64,000 bases of DNA from Bacteroidales bacterium (GCA_049654165.1 JBASHR010000037.1:16780-80779); one strand, 5' to 3'; positions 48,265 through 58,919 are shown, numbered from the stretch's first letter. Made by a program: numbers and translations. The notes: a model not told the origin generated them from the sequence alone.

Positions 48265-48897
48265 TTATTGTTCAAGCCTATTTATTTCTGAACGAATGTC
48301 TTCTATTACTTCAGGATTCATTATTACTTTTTTTCCATTTGCTTTAGAGGAAAAAACGTAAAACACCTTGCCGCCGAAATCTTTTTCAAATTTCTCATGC
48401 GTTTTTTGTTGTAATCTTTTTTCTTTGAAGATTTGGGATAACTGAATTCCCTGATTTACTGGCTAAATTTGTATCCCAATAAATTTTTCTTTGATTTTAA
48501 TAAAGAAGTCAACATTATAGAGCCTGTCCCATATGTCTGGTGCTGGTTCAATTTTATATCCAATTTCTCGTTCAAGCTGGCCATAAATTGTTTTTATTTC
48601 AGTTAAATAGCCATCAAATGTTCTGTCAATTACAAGCTGAATCATATAATCAATGCAATCTTGTTCTGTAATATTCTCAACTTCCGCAGAAATAACTTCT
48701 GTAATTTTTATGTAAAGTATTCTTCCAAGGGCGATAATATGCTCTTTTGACCTAACATTTAAAAAATAGTATTCTCTCCATTCTTCCAATGTTTTTGGTT
48801 CACATTGTCTTATACTTTCTGATGTCGCCCCAACATTTCTTTTAAAGTTCAATTGGAAACGATTCATAGCACTATTTAAAATCCATTCTTTTGCCAT
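48265..48897 (-). pseudogene. type II restriction endonuclease (MjaI-like by resemblance) interrupted by one in-frame TAG
   Basis: The 144-aa ORF (48463-48897) ends ...FIGIQI at a TAG (complement of 48463-48465). The same frame stays open for another 65 codons (PVNQGIQLSQIFKEK...EDIRSEINRLEQ) to a TAA at 48265-48267, giving about 210 aa if read through. It lies directly downstream of the methyltransferase on the same strand. Confidence 0.55.
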
Positions 48898-49106
48898 TAT
48901 CTTAGATTTACTTCGATCTTATTTGTCTTATCATGCAAATATTAATATATTTTCTAAAAACACAGAACACTTTGTTTTTTCAAGATTGATTTCCTTATTC
49001 TATCCTGACAATTCAGCCTCAGGCTCTTTATTAAAAAAAGCTCTATATCATATACATTAATGCTTGGATTCTCTTTATCATTTGTTTTACAACTATATTA
49101 TTTCTT

Positions 49107-50441
49107 TCATTTTGAATGTTCGCCATTTGAGTATAATAAGAATTTGTCTTTATATTTAAAATCAATTTGTGTATCGGGTTCTGCAAATCCTTCCTTTATT
49201 AAGTGTGCATTTAAAAATGTTTTATTCTTTAAATACAAATAGCATAATAGATTATTTTGTTCATCATATTTCTGATGGTCAAACCTCATAAAAACCTTCT
49301 GCCCTTTTGTCTTATCATAAAGAAACTTTTTTGCAAAACCACTAGCAGGCTTCTTTTCTTTAACTCCAATAAGCCTGACAACAAGGTCATTGTTGAGTTT
49401 AACCAACTCTGTGCTAATAATTTCTTTAACAGTGTAATAATCTTCGCGTTGACCACTGTTTTTGTCAATTTTTGAACCAAATTGAAGCTTCTTTGGATCA
49501 ATCTTTTTATCAAGATTTTGAAAATCAACGAAACGATAAGGTAAATTCTCAAATTCCTTTTCTATATCAATATTTATTTCGTCTTTATGGAACTCATATG
49601 TTGCACCAAAGATACTAGTTTGATTTATGCTTAATTTATCTTTTGCAATTTCAATAAATTCAGGATTTATTTCATATCCAATAGAGTTTCTTTCCAAATT
49701 CCTTGCAGCCAAAGGTGTTGTACCACTACCCATAAACGGATCTAAAACAGTTTCGCCTTTAAAAGAAAACATTTTAATAAGCCTTTTGGGCAATTCTTCG
49801 GGAAACATTGCAATATGGCCGTCTTGCCTTACTCCACCAAAATTCCAATGACCAGCAAAATATTCTTTCCATTCTTCTGTGGTCATTTTAGATTGTTCTT
49901 TAATCTCTTTACTTACCTTCGATTTAGAAACACCTAATTTTTTAAAAATTAAAATGAACTCATAGTCAATTGAAAGAATACCATTCCTTGGTGTTGGGAA
50001 ACTTCCCATTAGAGATGCTCCACCTGTTGTATTAGTAGTAGTTTGCTTTTGCCATATAATAGCTCCCATATAATCAAACCCTATACTTTCACAGAATTTA
50101 ATTATTTCTGTTCGAATTGGGATTACTTTGTAACGTCCATAATAAACAGCCCTGGCAAATTGATCACCAATATTCACACATAACCTGCAACCATTGTCAA
50201 GAACTCTATAACATTCCTTCCAAACAAGATTAAGGTTGTTTATGTATGTTTCATAGTCTTCGTGAAATCCTATTTGATTTTCAGTTCCATAATCTTTTAA
50301 CTGCCAATAAGGTGGAGAGGTAATAATTAAATGAATCGACCTGTCAGAAATAAGATTCATTTGCCGGCTGTCACCGTTTATTATTTTATGTATCGTTTCC
50401 ACTTTAATTTCTTTTAACTTGTTGTCTGCAAAGGTAAGCAT
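49107..50441 (-). CDS. beta-class N4-cytosine/N6-adenine DNA methyltransferase with a C-terminal degenerate SNase-like domain
   Basis: 444 aa. Motif IV IITSPPYW (aa 40-47) lies upstream of motif I DPFMGSGTT (aa 234-242), which is the beta-class order. The C-terminal ~100 aa align by eye to staphylococcal nuclease (VRLIGV..., LLCYLYL...LNAHLIKEGFA). Confidence 0.85.
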   Translation of the reverse strand: MLTFADNKLKEIKVETIHKIINGDSRQMNLISDRSIHLIITSPPYWQLKDYGTENQIGFHEDYETYINNLNLVWKECYRVLDNGCRLCVNIGDQFARAVYYGRYKVIPIRTEIIKFCESIGFDYMGAIIWQKQTTTNTTGGASLMGSFPTPRNGILSIDYEFILIFKKLGVSKSKVSKEIKEQSKMTTEEWKEYFAGHWNFGGVRQDGHIAMFPEELPKRLIKMFSFKGETVLDPFMGSGTTPLAARNLERNSIGYEINPEFIEIAKDKLSINQTSIFGATYEFHKDEINIDIEKEFENLPYRFVDFQNLDKKIDPKKLQFGSKIDKNSGQREDYYTVKEIISTELVKLNNDLVVRLIGVKEKKPASGFAKKFLYDKTKGQKVFMRFDHQKYDEQNNLLCYLYLKNKTFLNAHLIKEGFAEPDTQIDFKYKDKFLLYSNGEHSK

Positions 50442-50492
50442 AATATAATGTTTTCGGTATATTTCTCAAGTTTCTTAACTTTGCATACAACA

Positions 50493-53312
50493 TCAGTAAA
50501 TCAGCACTTTTCTGCTTTGAGAACCTTCTGCTGAATTAAGTTGAACAATATAAACACCAGGAATTATTCCATCAGCATGAAGCTTAAATTCATGAACACC
50601 TGTCCCAAATTCACCCTCTGCAATTGGCTTAACAACTCTGCCTGAAAGGTCAAGTAAGTGGATAGTCATAATACCGGGTGAATTCTTTTTCACCAGAATA
50701 TGATAACTACCATTCTCTCTTTCGAAAAGCAACTGTATCTGAGGAGTATTACCGGGTTTACCTGGTTCAAATATGCCTGTTCCTATCTGAGGAGTTGCAA
50801 GGCGTTTATCGGTAAACATGCAGTATTCACCAGGTCCCATAGAAATACTCATATTTATGTCCGATACATTTATTGAATCTCCTTTAAAATGATCATACCA
50901 CCATCCGGTATGTTGAAATTCCGTAGCAACTTCATTGGGTTGCACCGAGAAATTACCTACAATAACCACATTCATGGTTTCATGATTTAACTGAATACTT
51001 TTTCCTGAACCTGAAAAATTCAATACAAAATCGGCAGTACTAAATGCCGGCTCCTCTTTTTTAAGTCGGATAAGCTCAGAGCTAAAGTCATAAAGGTATT
51101 TTCTCCTATAATCGCTGTAATATTCCCATTTCACAGGCTTAGCTCCAACCCTGCCGTTATAGTTTATACTAACATCATAGCCCAGTTCACCAAACTGCCA
51201 TAGCATTTTGGGTCCTGGTACCGGATAAAAGAACATAGCCGCAAGCTCCATACGTTTAAGCGCCACTGACAAAGTGCGTATATTATGCTCTGGATTGTTT
51301 TTGTTACCGTTTTGCAGATTCTCATACATCTGGCGCTCTTCATCATGACTTTCCATATAACCTATTAAATGCGGGACACTCCAGTTCCTGGCTTTATAAG
51401 AAACCCAGTTGAAATTTGAATACGGATTGGTGCCTCTGATAGCATCGCGGTACGAACCATGCATATTTCCCCATATCATCATACCATATTCTGCAAGTTC
51501 CTTTTCCTCAGCATTATCAGTGAAATGTTCCAGAATAATATATGCATCAGGGTTTACTTCCCGGATTTTATCAGCCATTCGCTTTAGAATGCTTATTCTA
51601 ACAGCATCATAATTCCAGCCCTGTCCACCGGTCTGCACATTTGTAAACCCTTTTGTAAAATCGAATCTGAAACCATCGGCTTTAAACTCGGTGAGCCAGA
51701 AAGCATTAGCACGATCAATAAAATTCTGTGTATGAACGCTGAGGTGGTTAAAATCGTAACCCCAGCACCAGGGCTCATGAGGGCAAATCTGGTTATACCA
51801 GGGATTGCTTGCTGAAGGCTGGCCATACTGGCCTGCATAAGGGTCGAAGTACATCTGAACAAGCGGCGATTGTCCGTAGGAATGATTAAAAACCATATCA
51901 AGAATCACTGCAATGCCACGTTTGTGACATTCATCAATGAATTTCTGATAATCCTGTTTTCTGCCGTAAGCCTTATCAGTTGCAAAATAAAACGAAGGAT
52001 TATAACCCCACGAATCGTTTCCTTCAAACTCGTTGACAGGCATTAATTCAATAGCGTTCACACCCAGGTTCTGAAGATAATCAAGTGTGTCAGTAAGAAC
52101 CTTTACATCGCGGGCAGCCAGAAAATCACGGATATGGAGTTCGTAAATGATCAGATTATCCTTTGGCGGCGGTGTAAAATGCTGAACTTCCCAATCGTAG
52201 GGGGTTTGTGCTGTCTGTAAAACCGAGGCAATACCTGTGGTTTTTCCTGTCGGGTAAGGAATCAGATCGGGAAAAATATAACCGGGTATCCACTTATCGT
52301 TCCACGGATCGCTTATTTTTTCGCAATATGGATCTGCCAGCCGCAATTCTCCATCTATATAATATTGATAGATATATTCCTGCCCGGGTTGCAAATCACT
52401 GATAGTGAGCCAGAAATGTTGCCCGTCAGGGGTACGGTTCATATAAAAATCATCGTGAACCATCCAATTATTGAAATCACCAATCACAAAGGCATATTGT
52501 TTTAGTGCAGGTGGATCATGCAGCACAAGGGTTACTGTACTTTCATCCAGATAATTGATGCCATTAACGACTCCGGCAGGAAGAGGAGCCACCGGCACTT
52601 CTCCTCTTACAAAGAAATAAACCGAATCAGAAACAATATCATCTTCATTTTTTGCCATCACTTTTATCCATTGAGTTCCGGGATTAGAAGCAATTACACT
52701 GTAACTGATATTATTTCCGGCTTCCAGCTTCACAAGTTCTGAATTCATATAAAGGAACATGCTATCAGCCATATTTGACACAGCTTGTATATCCACCGTT
52801 TGCCCCAGCTCATATATCGCTCCGTTCACAGGCGACTGAATATTAACATTTAAACCCGGAGGGTAAATATCATGAAAGATATCGCTTCCATCGCTTTCGC
52901 GCCCTGTTCTTGAGCCATCAGAATTTCTGAACACGAACGCAATCCTGAGTATGGTCTCACTTTCCGGAACATTATAAAAACCACGTACAGTAGGCTTTAA
53001 CACTAGCTGATACAGATTGTTGCCGAGAGGCGTCATCAGGGCTTTGTCAGTATTGGTTGACCAGCCGGCAATTACATATTTCCAGTCGGTAGGACTGGTA
53101 CTCATATTAGTAATTACACCAGTGTGAGCATAAATCGGAGGTGCTACATTAGCCAGACCGCCATCGCCTTTGGTGGCATCAAAGATTACAATAACCGAAT
53201 CCTGGTCAGCAGTTGGGAACTCCGGTATGGTTGTAACTACCTGGGTTATAGCGTTTTTTAGAATCAATGAAAATATCAGAAAAACGATCAGACGAAAACT
53301 CCTTGTCATCAT
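50493..53312 (-). CDS. GH13 alpha-amylase-family glycoside hydrolase with T9SS C-terminal sorting domain
   Basis: 939 aa with a signal peptide. GH13 regions are present (VILDMVFNHS, GFRFDFTKG, ILEHF, YMESHDE). C-terminal GVYIVQLNSAEGSQSRKVLIY. Confidence 0.85.
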   Translation of the reverse strand: MMTRSFRLIVFLIFSLILKNAITQVVTTIPEFPTADQDSVIVIFDATKGDGGLANVAPPIYAHTGVITNMSTSPTDWKYVIAGWSTNTDKALMTPLGNNLYQLVLKPTVRGFYNVPESETILRIAFVFRNSDGSRTGRESDGSDIFHDIYPPGLNVNIQSPVNGAIYELGQTVDIQAVSNMADSMFLYMNSELVKLEAGNNISYSVIASNPGTQWIKVMAKNEDDIVSDSVYFFVRGEVPVAPLPAGVVNGINYLDESTVTLVLHDPPALKQYAFVIGDFNNWMVHDDFYMNRTPDGQHFWLTISDLQPGQEYIYQYYIDGELRLADPYCEKISDPWNDKWIPGYIFPDLIPYPTGKTTGIASVLQTAQTPYDWEVQHFTPPPKDNLIIYELHIRDFLAARDVKVLTDTLDYLQNLGVNAIELMPVNEFEGNDSWGYNPSFYFATDKAYGRKQDYQKFIDECHKRGIAVILDMVFNHSYGQSPLVQMYFDPYAGQYGQPSASNPWYNQICPHEPWCWGYDFNHLSVHTQNFIDRANAFWLTEFKADGFRFDFTKGFTNVQTGGQGWNYDAVRISILKRMADKIREVNPDAYIILEHFTDNAEEKELAEYGMMIWGNMHGSYRDAIRGTNPYSNFNWVSYKARNWSVPHLIGYMESHDEERQMYENLQNGNKNNPEHNIRTLSVALKRMELAAMFFYPVPGPKMLWQFGELGYDVSINYNGRVGAKPVKWEYYSDYRRKYLYDFSSELIRLKKEEPAFSTADFVLNFSGSGKSIQLNHETMNVVIVGNFSVQPNEVATEFQHTGWWYDHFKGDSINVSDINMSISMGPGEYCMFTDKRLATPQIGTGIFEPGKPGNTPQIQLLFERENGSYHILVKKNSPGIMTIHLLDLSGRVVKPIAEGEFGTGVHEFKLHADGIIPGVYIVQLNSAEGSQSRKVLIY

Positions 53313-53416
53313 AGGTTTTAATTTTTATTTGCGAAGATAAGCAACTTTGAAAAGAAACATTCTTTTTCAACACTGCTGTGACAACTTTCATAAAAAGTAG
53401 TAATTTGGCAGGCAAT

Positions 53417-54697
53417 ATGAAAAACGTAACTACCATTCCGCTTGCCGAGCAATTAAGGCCTGATTCGCTGGACGGATTTATAGGTCAGGAGCATCTTGTC
53501 GGCTCCGGCGCCATACTCCGCAAAGCTATTGATTCGGGTACTATTCCTTCAATGATACTATGGGGTCCACCCGGAGTTGGAAAAACCACTCTGGCTTATA
53601 TTATTTCAAAACAACTGAATAAACCGTTTTTCACGCTTAGTGCCATTAGTTCGGGTGTAAAAGAAGTAAGGGAAGTTATCTCCACTGCGAAAGAAAATCA
53701 TGGAAATGCTATTTTATTTATTGATGAGATCCATCGTTTCAGCAAATCGCAGCAGGATTCATTATTAGGAGCTGTAGAAAAAGGAATTATAACCCTTATA
53801 GGTGCCACCACCGAAAATCCGTCTTTCGAGGTCATTTCCCCGCTTTTATCACGATGTCAGGTGTATATTCTTAAATCTTTGAACAAGGCTAATCTGATGA
53901 AACTGATAGAACTAGCAATTGAACATTTGAGCATTACCACGGGAAAAGTCATTGAAATCAAAGAAAATGAAGCACTGCTAAGAATTTCGGGAGGCGATGC
54001 CCGTAAGCTTTTCAATGCTATTGATCTTATTGTTGCGTCAGAACCTAAAGATGCAGTGAATATTGTAATCAACAACCAAAAGGTTCAGTTTGTCATTCAG
54101 CAAAACCTTGCTATTTACGACAAAGGCGGTGAAATGCATTACGATGTTATATCAGCTTTCATTAAATCCATACGTGGTTCTGACCCCAATGCAGCGGTGT
54201 ACTGGCTTGCCCGTATGATAATAGCCGGCGAAGATCCTCTGTTCATCGCCCGGCGCATGCTTATCCTTGCTTCAGAGGATATAGGTAATGCTAACCCCAA
54301 TGCCCTTCTGCTTGCAAATAATTGTTATCAGGCTGTTCATTCAACGGGCTATCCTGAGTGTCGTCTGATCCTCTCACAAACAGCAATTTATCTTGCATGT
54401 TCACCTAAAAGCAATGCTTCGTATATGGCTATAAACAGAGCTATGAAAGCTGTTGAAAGATCAGGCGATCTGGCTGTTCCGTTGCATTTGCGTAATGCGC
54501 CCACGCAGCTTATGGAAGAAATTGGCTACGGTAAGGGTTATAAATATTCGCACGATTTCGACATGAATTTTTATCCTCAGGAGTATCTGCCCGAAGGACT
54601 TGAAGGGATGAAATTTTACGACCCTCAGCATAATGCCCGAGAAGAAGAGCTAAGAAAAAGATTACAGACACTATGGAATAAAAAATACAATTATTAA
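53417..54697 (+). CDS. rarA: replication-associated recombination protein A
   Basis: Start taken at [15 protein letters not shown] (ATG 53417). Walker [10 protein letters not shown], Walker [10 protein letters not shown], and the MgsA C-terminal domain ([26 protein letters not shown]). Confidence 0.9.
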   Translation: MKNVTTIPLAEQLRPDSLDGFIGQEHLVGSGAILRKAIDSGTIPSMILWGPPGVGKTTLAYIISKQLNKPFFTLSAISSGVKEVREVISTAKENHGNAILFIDEIHRFSKSQQDSLLGAVEKGIITLIGATTENPSFEVISPLLSRCQVYILKSLNKANLMKLIELAIEHLSITTGKVIEIKENEALLRISGGDARKLFNAIDLIVASEPKDAVNIVINNQKVQFVIQQNLAIYDKGGEMHYDVISAFIKSIRGSDPNAAVYWLARMIIAGEDPLFIARRMLILASEDIGNANPNALLLANNCYQAVHSTGYPECRLILSQTAIYLACSPKSNASYMAINRAMKAVERSGDLAVPLHLRNAPTQLMEEIGYGKGYKYSHDFDMNFYPQEYLPEGLEGMKFYDPQHNAREEELRKRLQTLWNKKYNY

Positions 54698-54861
54698 CAC
54701 ATCGCTAAGACAGTAATGTCCTTCCAGCGCATAAAACGTATATTTTTTTAACAATAATTATTGTCATTAAAAAACAAGTGCCTGTCAGAAACCCTGCATT
54801 TTGAATGAAACAATGTTTAAAACACCTTTTGCCAGGCTCGTAAATCCCATAGCCTTTTTAA

Positions 54862-54869
54862 TATCTTTG
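54862..54869 (+). promoter_or_regulatory. -7 element TAnnTTTG upstream of the flippase-like gene
   Basis: TATCTTTG, 18 nt upstream of ATG 54887. Confidence 0.45.
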
Positions 54870-54886
54870 CCCTTTATTTTCAGCAA

Positions 54887-56383
54887 ATGAGTTTTATAAA
54901 ACGCGACAGTTTAATAATCACCATAATAGCCTACCTTGGTGCTATAATAGGATACGTGAATAAGGTATTTCTGTTCACCAACTTCCTCGAAACCGATCAG
55001 GTAGGGCTTTCTAACCTGCTGATTACCATTGCCACCATTTATGTTCAGTTTGCTTCTTTGGGTTCGCCCAATATTATTTATAAGTTTTTTCCTTTTTTTA
55101 ATGACCGTGAGAAGCATCACAACGGTTTTCTGTTTGGAATTTCAGCAATTGCTTTTGCAGGTTTCATTTTAAGCACACTTATTGCACTTTTATTAAAAAA
55201 GCCATTTCATCATTTTTATTCTGAAAGCAGCCCCCTGCTTGTTGAATATTCGTTCTATATTTTCCCGCTGGCACTTGCAACCCTTTATTATCAGATATTT
55301 GACTCTTACCTGCGGAGTCTGTATAAAAACATAGTCCCTTCATTTCTTTACGAAATCGGGTTAAGACTGTTTGTAACAATTTCTATCTCGGTTTATGCTC
55401 TCGGATGGATTGATTTCCAGCAATTTGTAGCTGTTTATGTCATAGCCAACTGTTTGCCTACAGTTCTGGTTATTCTGTACACCTGGCTTATTGGTCAGAT
55501 GCAGTTCAAACTGTCGTTCTCGCCATTATGGCGGCGATTGATTAAAATAATAATGGTTTACGGATTATATACCGTACTTAACAACTTCAGCTATCTCATC
55601 CTGTTAAGCATTGATTCGCTGATGGTAGCGCAGATGATTGATTTAAATTCAGCCGGTATTTACACTACAATGATCTTTGTTACCAGTATTTTACTTATCC
55701 CATACCGGTCAATCATAAAAGTTACCACTCCCGTTGTGGCAAACTACTGGAAGAAACGTGCTTTAAATGAAATGGAGGGTTTATACAAAAGCACTACCGG
55801 AAGCAATCTGGTTATTGGCGGTGCCTTGTTTTTACTGATCTGGGTGAATATTGATTTTCTGTTTTATTTTATGCCTGCTGATTATGCTGCCGGTAAATAT
55901 GTTTTTCTCTTTCTTGGCATAGGCAGACTTTTTGATATGGCTTCAGGTATTAACGGGATCATCCTGCTTACCTCAAACAAATACAGATACGACCTTTTCT
56001 TTACCATTGGATTGCTGATTCTGGCCATAATCACAAATTATATTTTCATACCCCTTTTAGGCATGAATGGCGCTGCTATTGCAAGTATGATATGCCTAAT
56101 AATTTTCAACATATTACGGATAATATTCATAAAAATACATTTCGGGATACAGCCATTCCATCTGAGGCAGTTATGGTTTCCATTCATTATTCTCGCTGTA
56201 ATGCTGATATCAGCTTCAGTACACCAGATAATGAATGTATATGTGGATGTTCTTATACGCAGTATTTTGACTGGTACAATTTTTATAGTTCTGGTTTATT
56301 ATTTTAAAATTTCGGAAGAAGCCAACCAGTTGATTATTAATTATCTGATGAAAGTCAGGAGCTTCCTGGTTCACAAGAAATGA
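54887..56383 (+). CDS. polysaccharide biosynthesis/flippase (MOP superfamily, Wzx-like) membrane protein
   Basis: 498 aa with about 12-14 TM segments. The call is based on overall resemblance. Confidence 0.65.
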   Translation: MSFIKRDSLIITIIAYLGAIIGYVNKVFLFTNFLETDQVGLSNLLITIATIYVQFASLGSPNIIYKFFPFFNDREKHHNGFLFGISAIAFAGFILSTLIALLLKKPFHHFYSESSPLLVEYSFYIFPLALATLYYQIFDSYLRSLYKNIVPSFLYEIGLRLFVTISISVYALGWIDFQQFVAVYVIANCLPTVLVILYTWLIGQMQFKLSFSPLWRRLIKIIMVYGLYTVLNNFSYLILLSIDSLMVAQMIDLNSAGIYTTMIFVTSILLIPYRSIIKVTTPVVANYWKKRALNEMEGLYKSTTGSNLVIGGALFLLIWVNIDFLFYFMPADYAAGKYVFLFLGIGRLFDMASGINGIILLTSNKYRYDLFFTIGLLILAIITNYIFIPLLGMNGAAIASMICLIIFNILRIIFIKIHFGIQPFHLRQLWFPFIILAVMLISASVHQIMNVYVDVLIRSILTGTIFIVLVYYFKISEEANQLIINYLMKVRSFLVHKK

Positions 56384-56389
56384 TAAAGA

Positions 56390-57367
56390 TCAGTCCTTAA
56401 GGATATTGTTAACAAATAGGGTGAGATTATAAGGTTCTGAGAATATTTTCAGCAACTCCCTGAATATAGGAACTTTATCAAGACTTTCATTTTTATCAGT
56501 AATTTCCTTGCCAATAATACGAATTGCCATTTTACCTTCCAGAACCACTTTATCTGAAATTGATTCAGTGAAGAACCCTTTACCTATCAACAACCCCAGG
56601 GTTCTGTTCCGGCTCAGGTCGTTAAGGGCTGTTAATCCGAAATCACCTATACCACAATAGCGATACATGGTTTCTTCCTGTCCGCCAAGGATTTTCATCA
56701 ACAGCCGTATCTCGTTGAATGCTCTTGTAAGCACCATAAAACGAAGATTAGGCGAATCGAAATGGGCATCAACTATACCCATTGCAATGGCATAAATATT
56801 CTTTAAAATACTTATAAGCTCCACGCCACGCAGATCGCCCGAAAAATCAAGATGAATAGTTGTACCCGGCACTATATCCCTAAAAAAATCAAAGGCGCCA
56901 CCATTACTGCTTCCCACGGTAAAACCGGTCGGAGAATTGTTTATCAGTTCACGGGCAAATGCGGGTCCTTTAAAACTGGCTACCGGATTTGAGAATGATG
57001 AATTAAGGATCTCTGCAACTGTTTTCGAACCATTACCATAGCCTTTTGCCAGATTAACAAGTAAAGCATCCGGATGCATGTAATCTTTAAGGTCGTCGGC
57101 TACCTCTTTAACAGCAACTGAAGGTACAGCAAAGAAAACAGCCTGTGCTTCCGATACTTCTGCTTTATCTTCAATGGCTTTTAGTCCCGGATGCAGTTTA
57201 ATACCCGGGAAATACCGGCTGTTAACGCCATTATTATTTATGGACTCAACCACATCAGGTTCAATTGACAATAGGCTGATATCAAGGTCAGAGCGTACTG
57301 CAAGTACATTGCCAAGGGCTGTGCCAATAGAGCCGGCACCGGCTATGATTATTTTGCCTTGCTTCAT
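56390..57367 (-). CDS. NAD(P)H-dependent glycerol-3-phosphate dehydrogenase-like oxidoreductase
   Basis: 325 aa. Rossmann motif IIIAGAGSIGTALG, and a GpsA-like C-terminal half (LKNIYAIAMGI, GDFGLT, SRNR..G). It diverges from canonical GpsA. Confidence 0.7.
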   Translation of the reverse strand: MKQGKIIIAGAGSIGTALGNVLAVRSDLDISLLSIEPDVVESINNNGVNSRYFPGIKLHPGLKAIEDKAEVSEAQAVFFAVPSVAVKEVADDLKDYMHPDALLVNLAKGYGNGSKTVAEILNSSFSNPVASFKGPAFARELINNSPTGFTVGSSNGGAFDFFRDIVPGTTIHLDFSGDLRGVELISILKNIYAIAMGIVDAHFDSPNLRFMVLTRAFNEIRLLMKILGGQEETMYRYCGIGDFGLTALNDLSRNRTLGLLIGKGFFTESISDKVVLEGKMAIRIIGKEITDKNESLDKVPIFRELLKIFSEPYNLTLFVNNILKD

Positions 57368-57419
57368 AATACTAAAATCAGTGGTTTAAAAAAGCTGCGA
57401 AATTACACAATACAATTGA

Positions 57420-58391
57420 TTATGGTTTCGGGCTTACTCCATTATTATCTCCATTATTGGAATTCCTTACACGCTTCACCTCTGAAATACTTGCATTTAA
57501 CTCAAAACCAATGAGTAAGATAATTGAATTAAAATATATCCAAAGCAAAAAAACAAGTAAGGTACCTATTGAACCATATAAAGTATTGTAGCGGCTAAAA
57601 TTATTTACATAATAGTTAAATCCGATACTGGTAAGTATAGTGCTTAAAGAAGCAAAAGTAGAGCCCGCCGAGATAAACCGGAAATCTCTTTTTCGTGCCG
57701 GTGCCATATAATAGAGGAATGAATACATCATTAAAAACATGAGAATAATAATCAGCCATTTGGTAGCCACTATTATCTCGTATGTAAATCGTCCTTTGAG
57801 GAAACCTTTGGCATCCAGCCAGTTTATAACTATAGGACCTATGGTGATAAACGCAATGGCAATGATTAAAATAGTTGACAGAATGAATAAAAGCATCAGG
57901 GAAACCAGTTGTTGCCTTAAAAATGATCTGGTTTCAATTGTATGATAGGTCTGGTTAAAAGCTTCAATTATACTGTTCACGCCATTTGTGGAGAAATAAA
58001 GTGTGAGCAGGAATCCTACTGAAAGCAGACCACCTCGCGGACGATTCACAATATCGAGCAATGTATCTTCCACTGTACCAAATATTTGCTGAGGGATCAG
58101 TTCTTTCATCAGTTCAATTAACGAATCCTGAAAACCTGTTATGGGAACATAGGGAATAAGAGTAAACAGTACAAGAATAGCAGGAAACAGCGCCATAAAA
58201 AAGCTGAACGATACCGATGATGCCCTTGCCGGCACTGAACCTTTGATAGCACCTTTTATGAAAAACTTCATTACATCATAAAACGGCATACCGTCAAAAC
58301 CCGGAATGACTATTTTACGCAGATAGCGAATCAATAAACGTCTTTGCGGACTATCGAGGAATTTATTGTACAGCCGCACAAAATAATTCAT
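57420..58391 (-). CDS. YihY/BrkB family membrane protein
   Basis: 323 aa with six TM segments and the characteristic LYGSIGTLLVFLLWIYFNSIILLIGFELN. Confidence 0.85.
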   Translation of the reverse strand: MNYFVRLYNKFLDSPQRRLLIRYLRKIVIPGFDGMPFYDVMKFFIKGAIKGSVPARASSVSFSFFMALFPAILVLFTLIPYVPITGFQDSLIELMKELIPQQIFGTVEDTLLDIVNRPRGGLLSVGFLLTLYFSTNGVNSIIEAFNQTYHTIETRSFLRQQLVSLMLLFILSTILIIAIAFITIGPIVINWLDAKGFLKGRFTYEIIVATKWLIIILMFLMMYSFLYYMAPARKRDFRFISAGSTFASLSTILTSIGFNYYVNNFSRYNTLYGSIGTLLVFLLWIYFNSIILLIGFELNASISEVKRVRNSNNGDNNGVSPKP

Positions 58392-58417
58392 GACAATAAT
58401 TATGTGAAAAGGTTTTC

Positions 58418-58831
58418 TTAGTTATCTTCCTCAAAACGAAGCTGATGTATAAGTTTTTGATCGTTGATCTTTTTTACAAGGAAATAAGTCCTGAAAGTTT
58501 TTTTGCCCGATTTATAATCTCCTATATAATATTCCGAACCGTCAGCCGATGAACCCTGATGATTGATATTAAACGATTTAGGAGGGTAATTGTTGAAAAA
58601 ATCCTTGATGATAAATTCAGCCTGAACACGACTGTAACGACCTTCATCACCCGGAAGGACCAACTGAATTGTAGAATTAAAATATTGGGCTAATTCTTTT
58701 GTGTTCGATTTATTTATAAGATTTGAGATCTTAACCCCGTAATCTTCGTCCTGAGCAGTAATCACAGGTACGGAAAACAAGAAAAAAACCAAAGATATTG
58801 TAAGGAGTCTGCTGAAATTCATAATCTGCAC
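58418..58831 (-). CDS. DUF4783-like secreted protein
   Basis: 137 aa with a signal peptide and YSRVQAEFIIKDFFNNYPPKSFNINHQGSS. The DUF assignment is from memory. Confidence 0.55.
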   Translation of the reverse strand: MQIMNFSRLLTISLVFFLFSVPVITAQDEDYGVKISNLINKSNTKELAQYFNSTIQLVLPGDEGRYSRVQAEFIIKDFFNNYPPKSFNINHQGSSADGSEYYIGDYKSGKKTFRTYFLVKKINDQKLIHQLRFEEDN

Positions 58832-58911
58832 GATTAATTATATTCCTGTTCTTATTATCAAAAAACACACCAATATCAAACTATCAACCTGTTTTAATCA
58901 AAAAAGATTTG

Positions 58912-58919
58912 CAAATATA
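58912..58919 (-). promoter_or_regulatory. -7 element TAnnTTTG upstream of the DUF4783-like gene
   Basis: The minus strand reads TATATTTG, about 80 nt upstream of the start at 58831. Confidence 0.4.
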
